The translations under genes were made by a program, and so were the position numbers. A DNA stretch of 37,373 bases from the IMG/VR virus record IMGVR_UViG_2565956720_000009. One strand, written 5' to 3'. Shown piece after piece: positions 29,370-37,373 of the stretch. This stretch comes from a virus. Lineage: Duplodnaviria > Heunggongvirae > Uroviricota > Caudoviricetes. Numbering within the stretch: the first letter of the stretch is position 1; each line of letters starts with the position of its first letter. Under the pieces are notes generated by a model that was given only the letters and a program-made list of their open reading frames with translations, did not search any database and was not told where the DNA came from.

Positions 29370-30221
29370 ATGATAAATTATGTCTACGGCGAACAACTGT
29401 ACCAGGAGTTCGTCAGCTTCAGGGATCTCTTTCTAAAAAAAGCTGTTGCACGCGCCCAACACGTTGATGCCGCCAGCGACGGTCGTCCTGTACGCCCGGT
29501 TGTCGTTCTGCCGTTCAAAGAAACTGACAGCATTCAGGCTGAAATTGATAAATGGACTTTAATGGCGCGGGAACTGGAACAGTACCCAGACCTCAATATC
29601 CCAAAGACTATTTTATATCCAGTGCCTAACATCCTTCGCGGTGTGCGTAAGGTTACGACTTATCAGACAGAAGCTGTGAACAGCGTCAACATGACCGCTG
29701 GCCGCATTATTCATCTGATTGATAAGGACATTCGCATCCAGAAAAGCGCAGGGATCAATGAGCACAGTGCGAAATACATAGAGAACCTGGAAGCAACAAA
29801 AGAGCTAATGAAGCAGTACCCGGAGGATGAAAAATTCCGTATGCGCGTACACGGCTTTAGCGAAACAATGCTGCGCGTCCATTACATTTCTAGTAGCCCT
29901 AACTACAATGATGGTAAATCAGTTAGTTACCATGTGCCGCTATGTGGTGTGTTTATCTGCGATGAAACTCTCCGTGATGGAATTATCATCAACGGTGAAT
30001 TCGAGAAAGCAAAATTTAGCCTTTATGACTCTATAGAACCGATCATCTGCGACCGCTGGCCGCAGGCAAAAATATATCGCCTGGCAGATATTGAAAATGT
30101 AAAAAAACAAATTGCCATCACTCGCGAAGAGAAAAAGGTCAAATCAGCCGCATCAGTTACGCGCAGCCGTAAAACTAAGAAAGGGCATCCAGTAAACGAC
30201 AACCCCGAAAGCGCGCAATAG
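29370..30221 (+). CDS. c1: C1 master repressor of lysogeny
   Basis: 283 aa (the P1 C1 size), MINYVYGEQLYQEFVSFRDLFLKK...; strong GGAGGAGG RBS; multiple cognate 17-mer operators across the window. Confidence 0.88.
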   Translation: MINYVYGEQLYQEFVSFRDLFLKKAVARAQHVDAASDGRPVRPVVVLPFKETDSIQAEIDKWTLMARELEQYPDLNIPKTILYPVPNILRGVRKVTTYQTEAVNSVNMTAGRIIHLIDKDIRIQKSAGINEHSAKYIENLEATKELMKQYPEDEKFRMRVHGFSETMLRVHYISSSPNYNDGKSVSYHVPLCGVFICDETLRDGIIINGEFEKAKFSLYDSIEPIICDRWPQAKIYRLADIENVKKQIAITREEKKVKSAASVTRSRKTKKGHPVNDNPESAQ

Positions 30222-30245
30222 TTTCCATCCGGCATGGTCAATGAG

Positions 30246-31730
30246 TTATTCATTAAGCCATGCCAGAGCTTCATCAACCTGCGCTTCGTCTTCGACGCTA
30301 AGCACTTCATCCTGGGGAACATAATCCGCCAGCATAGCGAAACAATATGTATCCCAATGGTCTGGTGAGTGCAGGTTGAGTTTTTTCTTCATATCCTCCT
30401 TACTCATCACCTTCCATTGACCTGCGGAGTTAATCCCTACAGGGATTTTCGACGCTTCCTCAATAGTTTCATTACCCTTATCCAGTCTCATACGACCTGA
30501 TTTTACGGCCTCTGCGGCTTGAACGTTGGCATAAGCACGTTTATCAAAGTACAGGCTCTTATCTTCACGGCTATGCATCTTTTTACCCCAGCGTATACGC
30601 TGTACGGTAATACCATAATACTCGTACATCAGATCCGCCGTTGCTTTACCCAGCCCATCGCCGTCTATCGCTATGGTGATATTTGGGAATCGCTCAGGAT
30701 TACATTCTGCGAAAATTTTGGCGGCAAGCTGCGTTTCTGTAACGTCTGTGTATTCCAGCATTCGATAGTTGATTACACGGCGTTTATTTCTCTGGCCGGA
30801 CACCATCATGATATTGATAACGGACTTATCCCGTCCCGTACCACCAGCAACGTCCACACATGCAAGCCAGCCCCATCCTTTGGCAATCTTGACTTTCCGC
30901 CGCGTCGCACGTTCAACCTCATCACGTCCAAGAAGGAAACCATCCTGTGATTTAGGGAATAGGCCGCGTACCTTAATCATGTACATAGGGTTATCACGCC
31001 CGCCGTACTCCGCCAGCTTCATTTTGATAAATGCTGGCGTTACCAACGGTGATTCCTCACTGTTAAGCGTGATCGCCGTATAAACACCATCAGGGTTACC
31101 AGGACGCTTGGCCAGTTTATGGTGTGTATCGTAGAAATAGCCGCTTGGGCGTGTAGGCTGTGACAGCAATAAGATGCGGTTATCCTGTCCGGTAAGAGCA
31201 CCGGTGATGATACCGAAAGCTCTATCACTGACACCGGAGGCTTCATCGATAATATACAGAAGATGATCTGCGTGTTCACCGGCGAGAGCTTCTTCACTTC
31301 CCAGACGAAAGCCCTTCGGTACTACAGTCCATACACCTTTACCAGTAACCTCATAGAAAGCGGTTTCTGTCAGAACAAAATAATCAGCAAGCCATGGAAA
31401 ACGGCTGGTGGCAGTAGCCCAGTTTATCTTGATGTACTTGAATATACCGGTCATTACCTGCTGAATTTTGTTCGCAACGATAATGGCGCGGGCACCAGGA
31501 TACATGATTATGAACAACATGATCATGATAGAAGTCATGTCTGATTTCCCGGTACCGTGACCAGACGAAACAGATGTCTTGCTACCCTGTTCCTGCACAG
31601 ACTCAATAATCAGATCCTGCTGCCAGGTAGGTGTTTTGCCGAACAAAACATCAGCGGCAGCAATCCAGTCATAACGATATAGCGCCACCAGCTCGCGCCA
31701 ACGTGGATCCGTTACGCAACTTCTGGCCAT
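30246..31730 (-). CDS. pacB: terminase large subunit (PacB-like)
   Basis: 494-aa ORF; ATPase Walker A-like GHGTGKSD; stop/start overlap with the upstream pacA; size matches recalled P1 PacB. Confidence 0.85.
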   Translation of the reverse strand: MARSCVTDPRWRELVALYRYDWIAAADVLFGKTPTWQQDLIIESVQEQGSKTSVSSGHGTGKSDMTSIMIMLFIIMYPGARAIIVANKIQQVMTGIFKYIKINWATATSRFPWLADYFVLTETAFYEVTGKGVWTVVPKGFRLGSEEALAGEHADHLLYIIDEASGVSDRAFGIITGALTGQDNRILLLSQPTRPSGYFYDTHHKLAKRPGNPDGVYTAITLNSEESPLVTPAFIKMKLAEYGGRDNPMYMIKVRGLFPKSQDGFLLGRDEVERATRRKVKIAKGWGWLACVDVAGGTGRDKSVINIMMVSGQRNKRRVINYRMLEYTDVTETQLAAKIFAECNPERFPNITIAIDGDGLGKATADLMYEYYGITVQRIRWGKKMHSREDKSLYFDKRAYANVQAAEAVKSGRMRLDKGNETIEEASKIPVGINSAGQWKVMSKEDMKKKLNLHSPDHWDTYCFAMLADYVPQDEVLSVEDEAQVDEALAWLNE

Positions 31731-32923
31731 TAATCATCATCCCCGTACAGTTTGCGGGTAACTTCTTCGTCTTCCTCCTCGTCTTCGTCCAGATCCTGTT
31801 CAAGCCATGCTTCGTTTGATATGCCTTCCGCATCGACATCACCATAACCACCTGTATCGACGATATCGGCAATTTCTTCTCTACGATGCTCAATCCACAA
31901 TGCGGCATCAGCGCGGCGGCTGGCGGCCCGTTCTCGCGCGATTTTATCCAGATCTTCAAGTGATGGAGCGCCAGATGCTGTTTGGTTTTCCTCATCATCG
32001 GTATTGGTCTTAGGAGCACGCAGATCGGCTTTGATTTGCTCCAGCATCAGGGGAGGCACTTTTCCTCCATGCGCCTCGATGAATTCAGCCGCTTCCAGCA
32101 CTGACCAGTTATTTTCACGCTTTCGTTCGTATGCCAGCTTAACAATGCCAGCTTGCCCCATAGATAAAGCGTGCTTTTCCGCCTCCCGGCTTTCTTTTCG
32201 ATAGTTATTCCGGATGCTGTAAATGGTGTTGATCAGGCTGCTTATCTGCGCGGAACAGCTGTTTAGCATGCTCGCGATACGGTATTCAGGCGGAGTACCT
32301 TCATCATCGTCTTTTTGCTGATCGCGCATTTCCTGCACCAGGCGAATACACGTATCCCTGGCGTTCTCCAGCATAAGGAGATGAGAAAGAGACTTTTCCA
32401 GAAGAGTGGTTTCCAGAACATCGGCCCCGGACCGACGCAACATAGCGCGCGCGGCCTTCCGCGCTTCAACGTTATCTATCAGGTAATCGCCAGCTTCGAA
32501 TTCAAAGCGTTCACCATCATCATCCAGGGTGTCGCGTTCCAGGCGATCACGTAAGGTACGGTGGGCGCGGGTGATCACGTCATGATCATCAGAACGATCA
32601 TTTATGCGCTTATTTTGGCGCTTAGCGTTCTCGACTGCGGCACTGACAACAGCATTAACTCTTTGTTTTTCAGCCATTTCAGCCACAATGTGATCACATG
32701 CACGTTGATCATTAGCGTGATCAATGATCATGCTTTTTAGAGGCTTCCTGACTGGCTTATTTGGCTTGCGGCTGTCCGCTGTCCTGGTGTCTTCTTTGAA
32801 GGCACGGAGATAACGACGTGCGGTATTAGGGTTAAGATTAAACTCGGCGGCATACTGTGCGATGGTGTAACCACCATCTCGCGCCAGGCGAGCAAAATTC
32901 TTCTTGTGATCGTCCCAGGTCAC
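31730..32923 (-). CDS. pacA: terminase small subunit / pac-recognition subunit (PacA-like); contains the pac site
   Basis: 397-aa ORF with N-terminal HTH-like region, carrying the 4+3 TGATCA hexamer pac cluster; size matches recalled P1 PacA. Confidence 0.85.
   Translation of the reverse strand: MTWDDHKKNFARLARDGGYTIAQYAAEFNLNPNTARRYLRAFKEDTRTADSRKPNKPVRKPLKSMIIDHANDQRACDHIVAEMAEKQRVNAVVSAAVENAKRQNKRINDRSDDHDVITRAHRTLRDRLERDTLDDDGERFEFEAGDYLIDNVEARKAARAMLRRSGADVLETTLLEKSLSHLLMLENARDTCIRLVQEMRDQQKDDDEGTPPEYRIASMLNSCSAQISSLINTIYSIRNNYRKESREAEKHALSMGQAGIVKLAYERKRENNWSVLEAAEFIEAHGGKVPPLMLEQIKADLRAPKTNTDDEENQTASGAPSLEDLDKIARERAASRRADAALWIEHRREEIADIVDTGGYGDVDAEGISNEAWLEQDLDEDEEEDEEVTRKLYGDDD
32571..32730. 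other. pac: pac packaging site (two clusters of TGATCA/CGATCA hexamers, 3 + 4)
   Basis: Hexamers at 32572, 32583, 32596 and at 32691, 32706, 32718, 32725, about 90 bp apart, inside the 5' part of pacA as recalled for the P1 pac site. Confidence 0.75.
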
Positions 32924-33008
32924 TTATGCTTCCTTTCGTAAAAACTCTTTTTGACGCGAGGGTAACGAAAGTCACATGTCAAAAGGCCCGGAACGGGCAA
33001 GCAATCAA

Positions 33009-33461
33009 TCAGATACGTGCGGATGTGGCATTACCGTAATGACGGTGCTGACGGGCCACCTTATTGAAAAGTTGACGCGCCATTACCCAAGGCTGGTGCT
33101 CCCGGCGTTCCTTTTCGTCCTGCGTCATATAGAGTTCGTTCTGGAGTTTTTCATCAAACCGGCGCGGAGCGCGGCTACGGCGAAAGAATTCAGGATTCAG
33201 AGAGTGGATCTGAAATCTACGTGGGCGTGTACTGTCATCAATCAAAACAGACGAATACTTAGACACAGCGATAGCCTTTAAGCGCAGATAAACATCGCGC
33301 TTATCGACATCCAGATGCGGGTATTCCTTTTCAAGAATTGCTGCGAGTTCTTTCGCTGATAGAAGAGATTTAGTGCGGATCATGTAATCCGCAATCTCGT
33401 ACGATGTTATTCGTGAGTGTTTTATTTCCATGAAGTGGCGTCCCTGCCAGTTAAGTAACAT
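33009..33461 (-). CDS. lpa: late promoter activator (Lpa / gp10-like)
   Basis: 150-aa ORF upstream of pacA with AGGTGA RBS and a C1 operator about 70 bp upstream; position as recalled for P1 lpa. Confidence 0.65.
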   Translation of the reverse strand: MLLNWQGRHFMEIKHSRITSYEIADYMIRTKSLLSAKELAAILEKEYPHLDVDKRDVYLRLKAIAVSKYSSVLIDDSTRPRRFQIHSLNPEFFRRSRAPRRFDEKLQNELYMTQDEKERREHQPWVMARQLFNKVARQHRHYGNATSARI

Positions 33462-33530
33462 CCTGTCACCTACTGATTAGCCCATGTCAACTAATCAACG
33501 TGGAATATAATACCCTCGATTAAAGAAATA

Positions 33531-33547
33531 GCAATACATTAGAGCAA
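33531..33547 (-). promoter_or_regulatory. C1 operator-like site upstream of lpa
   Basis: Reverse complement ATTGCTCTAATGTATTG (14/17 to consensus). Confidence 0.55.
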
Positions 33548-33549
33548 TT

Positions 33550-34593
33550 TTATCTAACGCTCGACGAGTGACTTGTGATAGCGCCGACTCCAAGCGCGTA
33601 ATCAAAGAACAATCGTTGATGCATCGCCAGCCTACCGTGCGTCTTCTCCCAATTATCGCGGTCACGCTCAATATCACGCTGGCATGACTGGCACAGAGGA
33701 ATTGCGTAAATGTCATGCGCGCATAATCGACTATGACGAACGATATAAGGCGTAATGTGAGCGCCAGCTCCCGCCGCTCCACACCCACAGCATGGACGGG
33801 AAGCAACAAAGTCCATGTACTCAGGTAATTTTAGCGATTGCAGTTTTGGTATTTTGAAATGCGCCATGCCAGGGTCGGAGTCAACATCCACAGAGCATAC
33901 TTTTGCACGCATCGGCGCGGCGCGTTCTTCCATCATCTGAACATATGCTGTAGCGCGATCGTCATACGGGCGAATATCTGCCTCTTTCAGAGGTCCGCTA
34001 TCCTGCGTTGCGGCTTTCATCTTATTTATTGATATACGGCAAACTTCTTCCGGCATCAGGTGCATCATGTTGCGCATGAAAGCCCACCAGCACAGTTCCT
34101 GAATACTTAAATCATGGCCATCTGAAAGCCCCATTTCCTGACGGGCGACATCCAGTATCCAGTTAACGCGATTATTGTGCAGCGTTTCTTTCAGCTCATT
34201 AAAACCACGCATCCGGTAATGGTTATCGTGATGCCAGCACAACAACACCGCGCTATTGTCTCGTTCAGCGTGGACAATATGGTTGTCACACCAACTACGA
34301 TCTGCGGCCTGGCATTGACCCTCTTTCCTACGCAACCACGCCACCAGCGAGTCAATTCCACCAATACGGCGAAACAGTTCATCGCTGTTAAAAAACGGCT
34401 GCAACGCCTCATTTGTTGCCATGGTTTGCTCGGTAACAACGAGGCCGTCTTCCATGTGCTCGATTAACTCACGCGGCACCGGCTCCATAATAAATTTACG
34501 GCCAGCCTCCACCAGCTTTCTGACCTCCTGATCCACTTTGAACGTGGCGAGGCCAAGCTCTTTCTGTACAAAGGGAGTAATTATGGCTTTCAC
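33550..34593 (-). CDS. pdcB: PdcB-like protein (post-doc), Cys/His-rich
   Basis: 347-aa ORF downstream of doc/pdcA; contains [12 protein letters not shown]...C..C..C and HH clusters suggestive of metal binding; assignment by synteny. Confidence 0.5.
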   Translation of the reverse strand: MKAIITPFVQKELGLATFKVDQEVRKLVEAGRKFIMEPVPRELIEHMEDGLVVTEQTMATNEALQPFFNSDELFRRIGGIDSLVAWLRRKEGQCQAADRSWCDNHIVHAERDNSAVLLCWHHDNHYRMRGFNELKETLHNNRVNWILDVARQEMGLSDGHDLSIQELCWWAFMRNMMHLMPEEVCRISINKMKAATQDSGPLKEADIRPYDDRATAYVQMMEERAAPMRAKVCSVDVDSDPGMAHFKIPKLQSLKLPEYMDFVASRPCCGCGAAGAGAHITPYIVRHSRLCAHDIYAIPLCQSCQRDIERDRDNWEKTHGRLAMHQRLFFDYALGVGAITSHSSSVR

Positions 34594-34620
34594 ATCACAC
34601 CTTTAATCACTGATTGGGCT

Positions 34621-34800
34621 TTATCTGCTGCCCGGCATTCTCTGTTTAAGCACAACCATTTCCTGACGGCATAACACAGCAATAGCGGTCCTGACTCCAA
34701 TTTGCTTACCAACCAGGTATTGCTTTACCTTGCGGCGGCTCACGCCATCAAGAAGCATCTTTAACGCTTCACGGGACAACTTGTTGTATTTACGTGCCAT
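34621..34800 (-). CDS. pdcA: PdcA-like small basic protein (post-doc)
   Basis: 59 aa from the ATG at 34800 (GGAG RBS), starting 5 nt after the doc stop; basic, HTH-like. Confidence 0.4.
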   Translation of the reverse strand: MARKYNKLSREALKMLLDGVSRRKVKQYLVGKQIGVRTAIAVLCRQEMVVLKQRMPGSR

Positions 34801-34804
34801 TAAT

Positions 34805-35185
34805 CTACTCCGCAGAACCATACAATCTACGTAACGTGTCGGCGACAGAAGATACAGATATCTCGCCAGTCGCAGCGCCTACGGTAAGGTCTGCCAGTTC
34901 AGGTGAATCAAATACCTGCACCCCGTTACGGCGTAGAAATAGCAGCGCACTGTTTAGCGCGGTACGCTTATTGGCATCATTGAATATATGCCCTCTCGCT
35001 GTAGCCACCAGGTAGGTGGCGGAGACTTCGAAAAGGTCGGTGATCTCTTCGTAGGCAACTCTGGCCTGAACTCTCCCGATAATGGCCTCTGCCCTACCCG
35101 GATCAGACATTCCCGGCAGGCCGCCGTAGCGGCTTATATTCGCATCATGAAGCGCAACAAGTTCTTCCGGTGATATATGTCTCAT
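34805..35185 (-). CDS. doc: Doc toxin (Fic-fold kinase), death on curing
   Basis: 126 aa, [25 protein letters not shown]...; Fic-like [11 protein letters not shown] motif; 1-nt TAATG overlap with phd. Confidence 0.95.
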
Positions 35186-35406
35186 TATCGGTTAACCAGT
35201 TCCTTGTTGGTGGAGTCCAGGGTGTCAAACAGGGATGCAAATTCAGCATCCAGCGCCGCTTTTTTGTAGGCTTCGAAAGTAGCCTTGCTGACAATTACTG
35301 CTGGCTCACGGCCTCTGCGGGTGATTTCAACCTCTTCCCCGGCTTCAACATTGTTGAGCACTTCAGAAAGGTTGCCGCGCGCGGTACGGAAGTTAATGGA
35401 TTGCAT
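35185..35406 (-). CDS. phd: Phd antitoxin
   Basis: 73 aa from the ATG at 35406, [40 protein letters not shown]... (YefM/Phd fold). Confidence 0.95.
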   Translation of the reverse strand: MQSINFRTARGNLSEVLNNVEAGEEVEITRRGREPAVIVSKATFEAYKKAALDAEFASLFDTLDSTNKELVNR

Positions 35407-35413
35407 AAACACC

Positions 35414-35436
35414 TCGTGTACTCGTTATGTGTACAC
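35414..35436 (-). promoter_or_regulatory. phd-doc operator region (GTGTAC-containing palindromes)
   Basis: CGTGTAC...TGTGTACAC immediately upstream of phd, consistent with the autoregulatory Phd/Doc operator. Confidence 0.45.
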
Positions 35437-35478
35437 AATTATAAACTTCACAGGCATAAAGCACCAGCACTTTGCAGC

Positions 35479-35868
35479 TTAAATAACCGGACAATCATCA
35501 AATTCCCCACTTCGGGCATCATTGATGACATGAGTGATCACACCAAAAACAGCATTACTGCCCGTGTATCCATCGTCATCTACTGGTAACGCCTCTTTCT
35601 TCCCGGTGCTTAAGTCCTCCAGGTGCTGGCGCGGATACTTCCTGTATCTCTTTATGCGATATTCACCCTCCATAGCGCACACAAGCAGAGAACCATCAAC
35701 CGGAGTAAGCGAGGAATCAACCACCAGCAAAGCTCCCTGCAATATTCCCTCACGGTGATGGCTATCAGCTGCCCGCATGAAGTAGGTCGCTGAAGGATGT
35801 CTAATTATCTGCTGATCAAGAGAAATTCGGCTTTCAACATAATCCGCCGCAGGAGAAGGGAAGCCCAT
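35479..35868 (-). CDS. humD: UmuD'-like protein (HumD)
   Basis: 129 aa, GFPSPAADYVE...HPSATYF...FGVITHV aligns with the E. coli UmuD C-terminal domain while lacking the N-terminal arm, i.e. pre-processed UmuD'-like. Confidence 0.85.
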   Translation of the reverse strand: MGFPSPAADYVESRISLDQQIIRHPSATYFMRAADSHHREGILQGALLVVDSSLTPVDGSLLVCAMEGEYRIKRYRKYPRQHLEDLSTGKKEALPVDDDGYTGSNAVFGVITHVINDARSGEFDDCPVI

Positions 35869-35886
35869 AGCGTTTTACCTCAATGA

Positions 35887-35906
35887 TACTGTTTATTCAT
35901 ACAGTA
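35887..35906. promoter_or_regulatory. LexA (SOS) box upstream of humD
   Basis: TACTGTTTATTCATACAGTA fits CTGT-N8-ACAG perfectly, about 20 bp upstream of the humD start. Confidence 0.75.
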
Positions 35907-35991
35907 TACATTGAAAAGGCATAGTTTGTGAAAGCGGGGTTTGTAGGCGCGCCACGCTGGGGGCTAATCACATTTCTCCCCCATCTTGCCG

Positions 35992-36243
35992 TTATTTTTT
36001 TGGTGCATCCTCGTTCTGATACACCGGATCGCTCCCTTTTGGCAACTGGAGGCTTAACTGCCGGTAGTGCCGTAGCCGTTCCATGAAATAGGCGCGCAGG
36101 TTTTCCGGTTGCTCACGGGCCACCTGCTCTGCAATCACAGGTATATTCAGCCGTTCTTTGTAAGCAACGCCGCTGGCGGCAAGGTCTACGTTCACCTTGT
36201 CTCGCTCTTCCTGGCTTTTAGCTGCTATATTTCGATCTGACAC
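35992..36243 (-). CDS. hot: DNA polymerase III theta-subunit homolog (Hot)
   Basis: 83 aa, ...[43 protein letters not shown]... resembles E. coli HolE (theta); GTG start with GGAGG RBS. Confidence 0.8.
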   Translation of the reverse strand: MSDRNIAAKSQEERDKVNVDLAASGVAYKERLNIPVIAEQVAREQPENLRAYFMERLRHYRQLSLQLPKGSDPVYQNEDAPKK

Positions 36244-36275
36244 AAGAAACCTCCAGGAGTTAGTGGATCAGGCAC

Positions 36276-36626
36276 ATGCACAATAACGTTCTCAATGTTA
36301 GCCGTTCAATTCAGACAATCAGAGACTGCACCAGTGTGGTGGCATCAATCCCATTGCGAAACAGCATAGACGAACTGCAAATTCGTGTATTGAATCCGAA
36401 TCAGGCTAATAAGCAATTGCGCTTTATTTTGACGCTGAAAAGTGAAACAGAGGGGATAAAGCACAGCGTAAAAGTGTTTTCTGAGGCCATTCTGCTTAAT
36501 GGGAAGCTCCGGCATCTGGTAAGGCCAGAACGTCAATATCCTGACGTCCTGGCGCGTGAAAAAGACCTTCTTTCTGAAGTTCAGGATAGGGTGATCGATT
36601 TCGTCAAATGCTATCCCCTGCATTGA
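36276..36626 (+). CDS. hypothetical protein
   Basis: 116-aa ORF divergent from hot; competes with an antisense 92-aa ORF; no motif recognised. Confidence 0.3.
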   Translation: MHNNVLNVSRSIQTIRDCTSVVASIPLRNSIDELQIRVLNPNQANKQLRFILTLKSETEGIKHSVKVFSEAILLNGKLRHLVRPERQYPDVLAREKDLLSEVQDRVIDFVKCYPLH

Positions 36627-36895
36627 GGGCAGGTGTTCCCTTCCGCAAAGTAGGGAAAATTGCTATCAAGTTCATCACACCATCTGCGATGGTCGTAGCA
36701 CCAAAACGCCTCCCACGGTGCACGGAAATACTTCATCCACCAGGACACTCGATCAGGTATATCTGCTGGTGGCAGTTCTTCTGGCAATAATTTGCCTGAT
36801 AATTCCCTTTCCGCCCGCGACAGCATTTTTTTGAGGCTCGCGTTCTCTTTTTCAAGCTCATCTACGCGCACCTGTAATTCAGCTTTCGTTGGCAT
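36611..36895 (-). CDS. hypothetical coiled-coil protein with C-terminal CxxC
   Basis: 94 aa from the ATG at 36895 (GAGGTGG RBS); leucine-zipper-like AELQVRVDELEKENASLKKMLSRAERELS, C-terminal ...CPQCRG. Confidence 0.4.
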   Translation of the reverse strand: MPTKAELQVRVDELEKENASLKKMLSRAERELSGKLLPEELPPADIPDRVSWWMKYFRAPWEAFWCYDHRRWCDELDSNFPYFAEGNTCPQCRG

Positions 36896-37331
36896 GGTCC
36901 ACCTCATGCTTTTCAGCCACCAGCGGCAATAAAGCCCTGGCCATCTTATGAACCAATAGTGCATCAATAATGCCAAGCGTATGCCCCGGCTTAATGTTTA
37001 ATGCCGCCTCAAGGCGACACCTTTCCAGGCCACTTTTCTCGGCTTGTTTATGATGATCTGGTGTAATAACGTCGCCCAAAACACGGCTAATTCTTTCTCG
37101 TAATTGCTGGGTGCCAGCACACTTGATCGCTGTATCGTGGAGACGGTTAACCAGTTCGCGATAAACATGCGGCTTAATTCGGATACGTTCACCGGTGACG
37201 CCCTTTCCTGGTGCTGGCACCGAACTATCCGGAATATCCGGATAGTTGCCAGCCAGTCTACGCAAAACAGCCTTAACAGCCTCAATACGGTCATCATCGC
37301 AACTTTCCAGCGTATCTATGCGATCGAGCAT
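36879..37331 (-). CDS. hypothetical protein (may be 5'-truncated by the window edge)
   Basis: 150-aa ORF co-oriented and overlapping the downstream gene by 17 nt; the reading frame may continue beyond the window end. Confidence 0.4.
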   Translation of the reverse strand: MLDRIDTLESCDDDRIEAVKAVLRRLAGNYPDIPDSSVPAPGKGVTGERIRIKPHVYRELVNRLHDTAIKCAGTQQLRERISRVLGDVITPDHHKQAEKSGLERCRLEAALNIKPGHTLGIIDALLVHKMARALLPLVAEKHEVDHANES

Positions 37332-37373
37332 GATGATGGCGTTATCAATATCAGGATTGCCGGTCCACTCATT

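Noticed and set aside
35960-35998. GGGGG-N14-CCCCC hairpin followed by a T-run near the hot stop
   Set aside because: The U-tract is on the plus strand while hot is on the minus strand, so it is not a terminator for hot, and no plus-strand gene ends here.

Overview
This window reads as a ~37 kb segment of a P1-family temperate phage / phage-plasmid, in reverse orientation to conventional P1 numbering. All calls rest on reading the six-frame translations and the DNA by eye and on recalled family knowledge; no database search was run. Left to right: a cix-like site and cin invertase; the lydA/lydB holin cassette and the darA antirestriction operon (hdf-darA-ddrA-ddrB); an accessory island holding a HipA-family kinase with an N-terminal HTH and an intact IS with a 7-bp target duplication; ssb, lyz, pro, prt; the giant darB followed by ulx and lxc/bof; a single-gene RelA/SpoT-type toxSAS (CapRel-like) sitting where, as recalled, P1 carries res/mod; then mat, ref, cra, cre, loxP, ImmC (coi, c1), pacB/pacA with the pac site, lpa, pdcB/pdcA, doc/phd, humD with a LexA box, and hot. 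The two AT-rich cargo genes (toxSAS and the HipA-like kinase) are the best candidates for an accessory defence or toxin function. The toxSAS resembles the published CapRel fused toxin-antitoxin; the HTH-HipA kinase with its upstream direct repeats and adjacent IS is the less characterised candidate. No rRNA, tRNA or CRISPR array was recognised.
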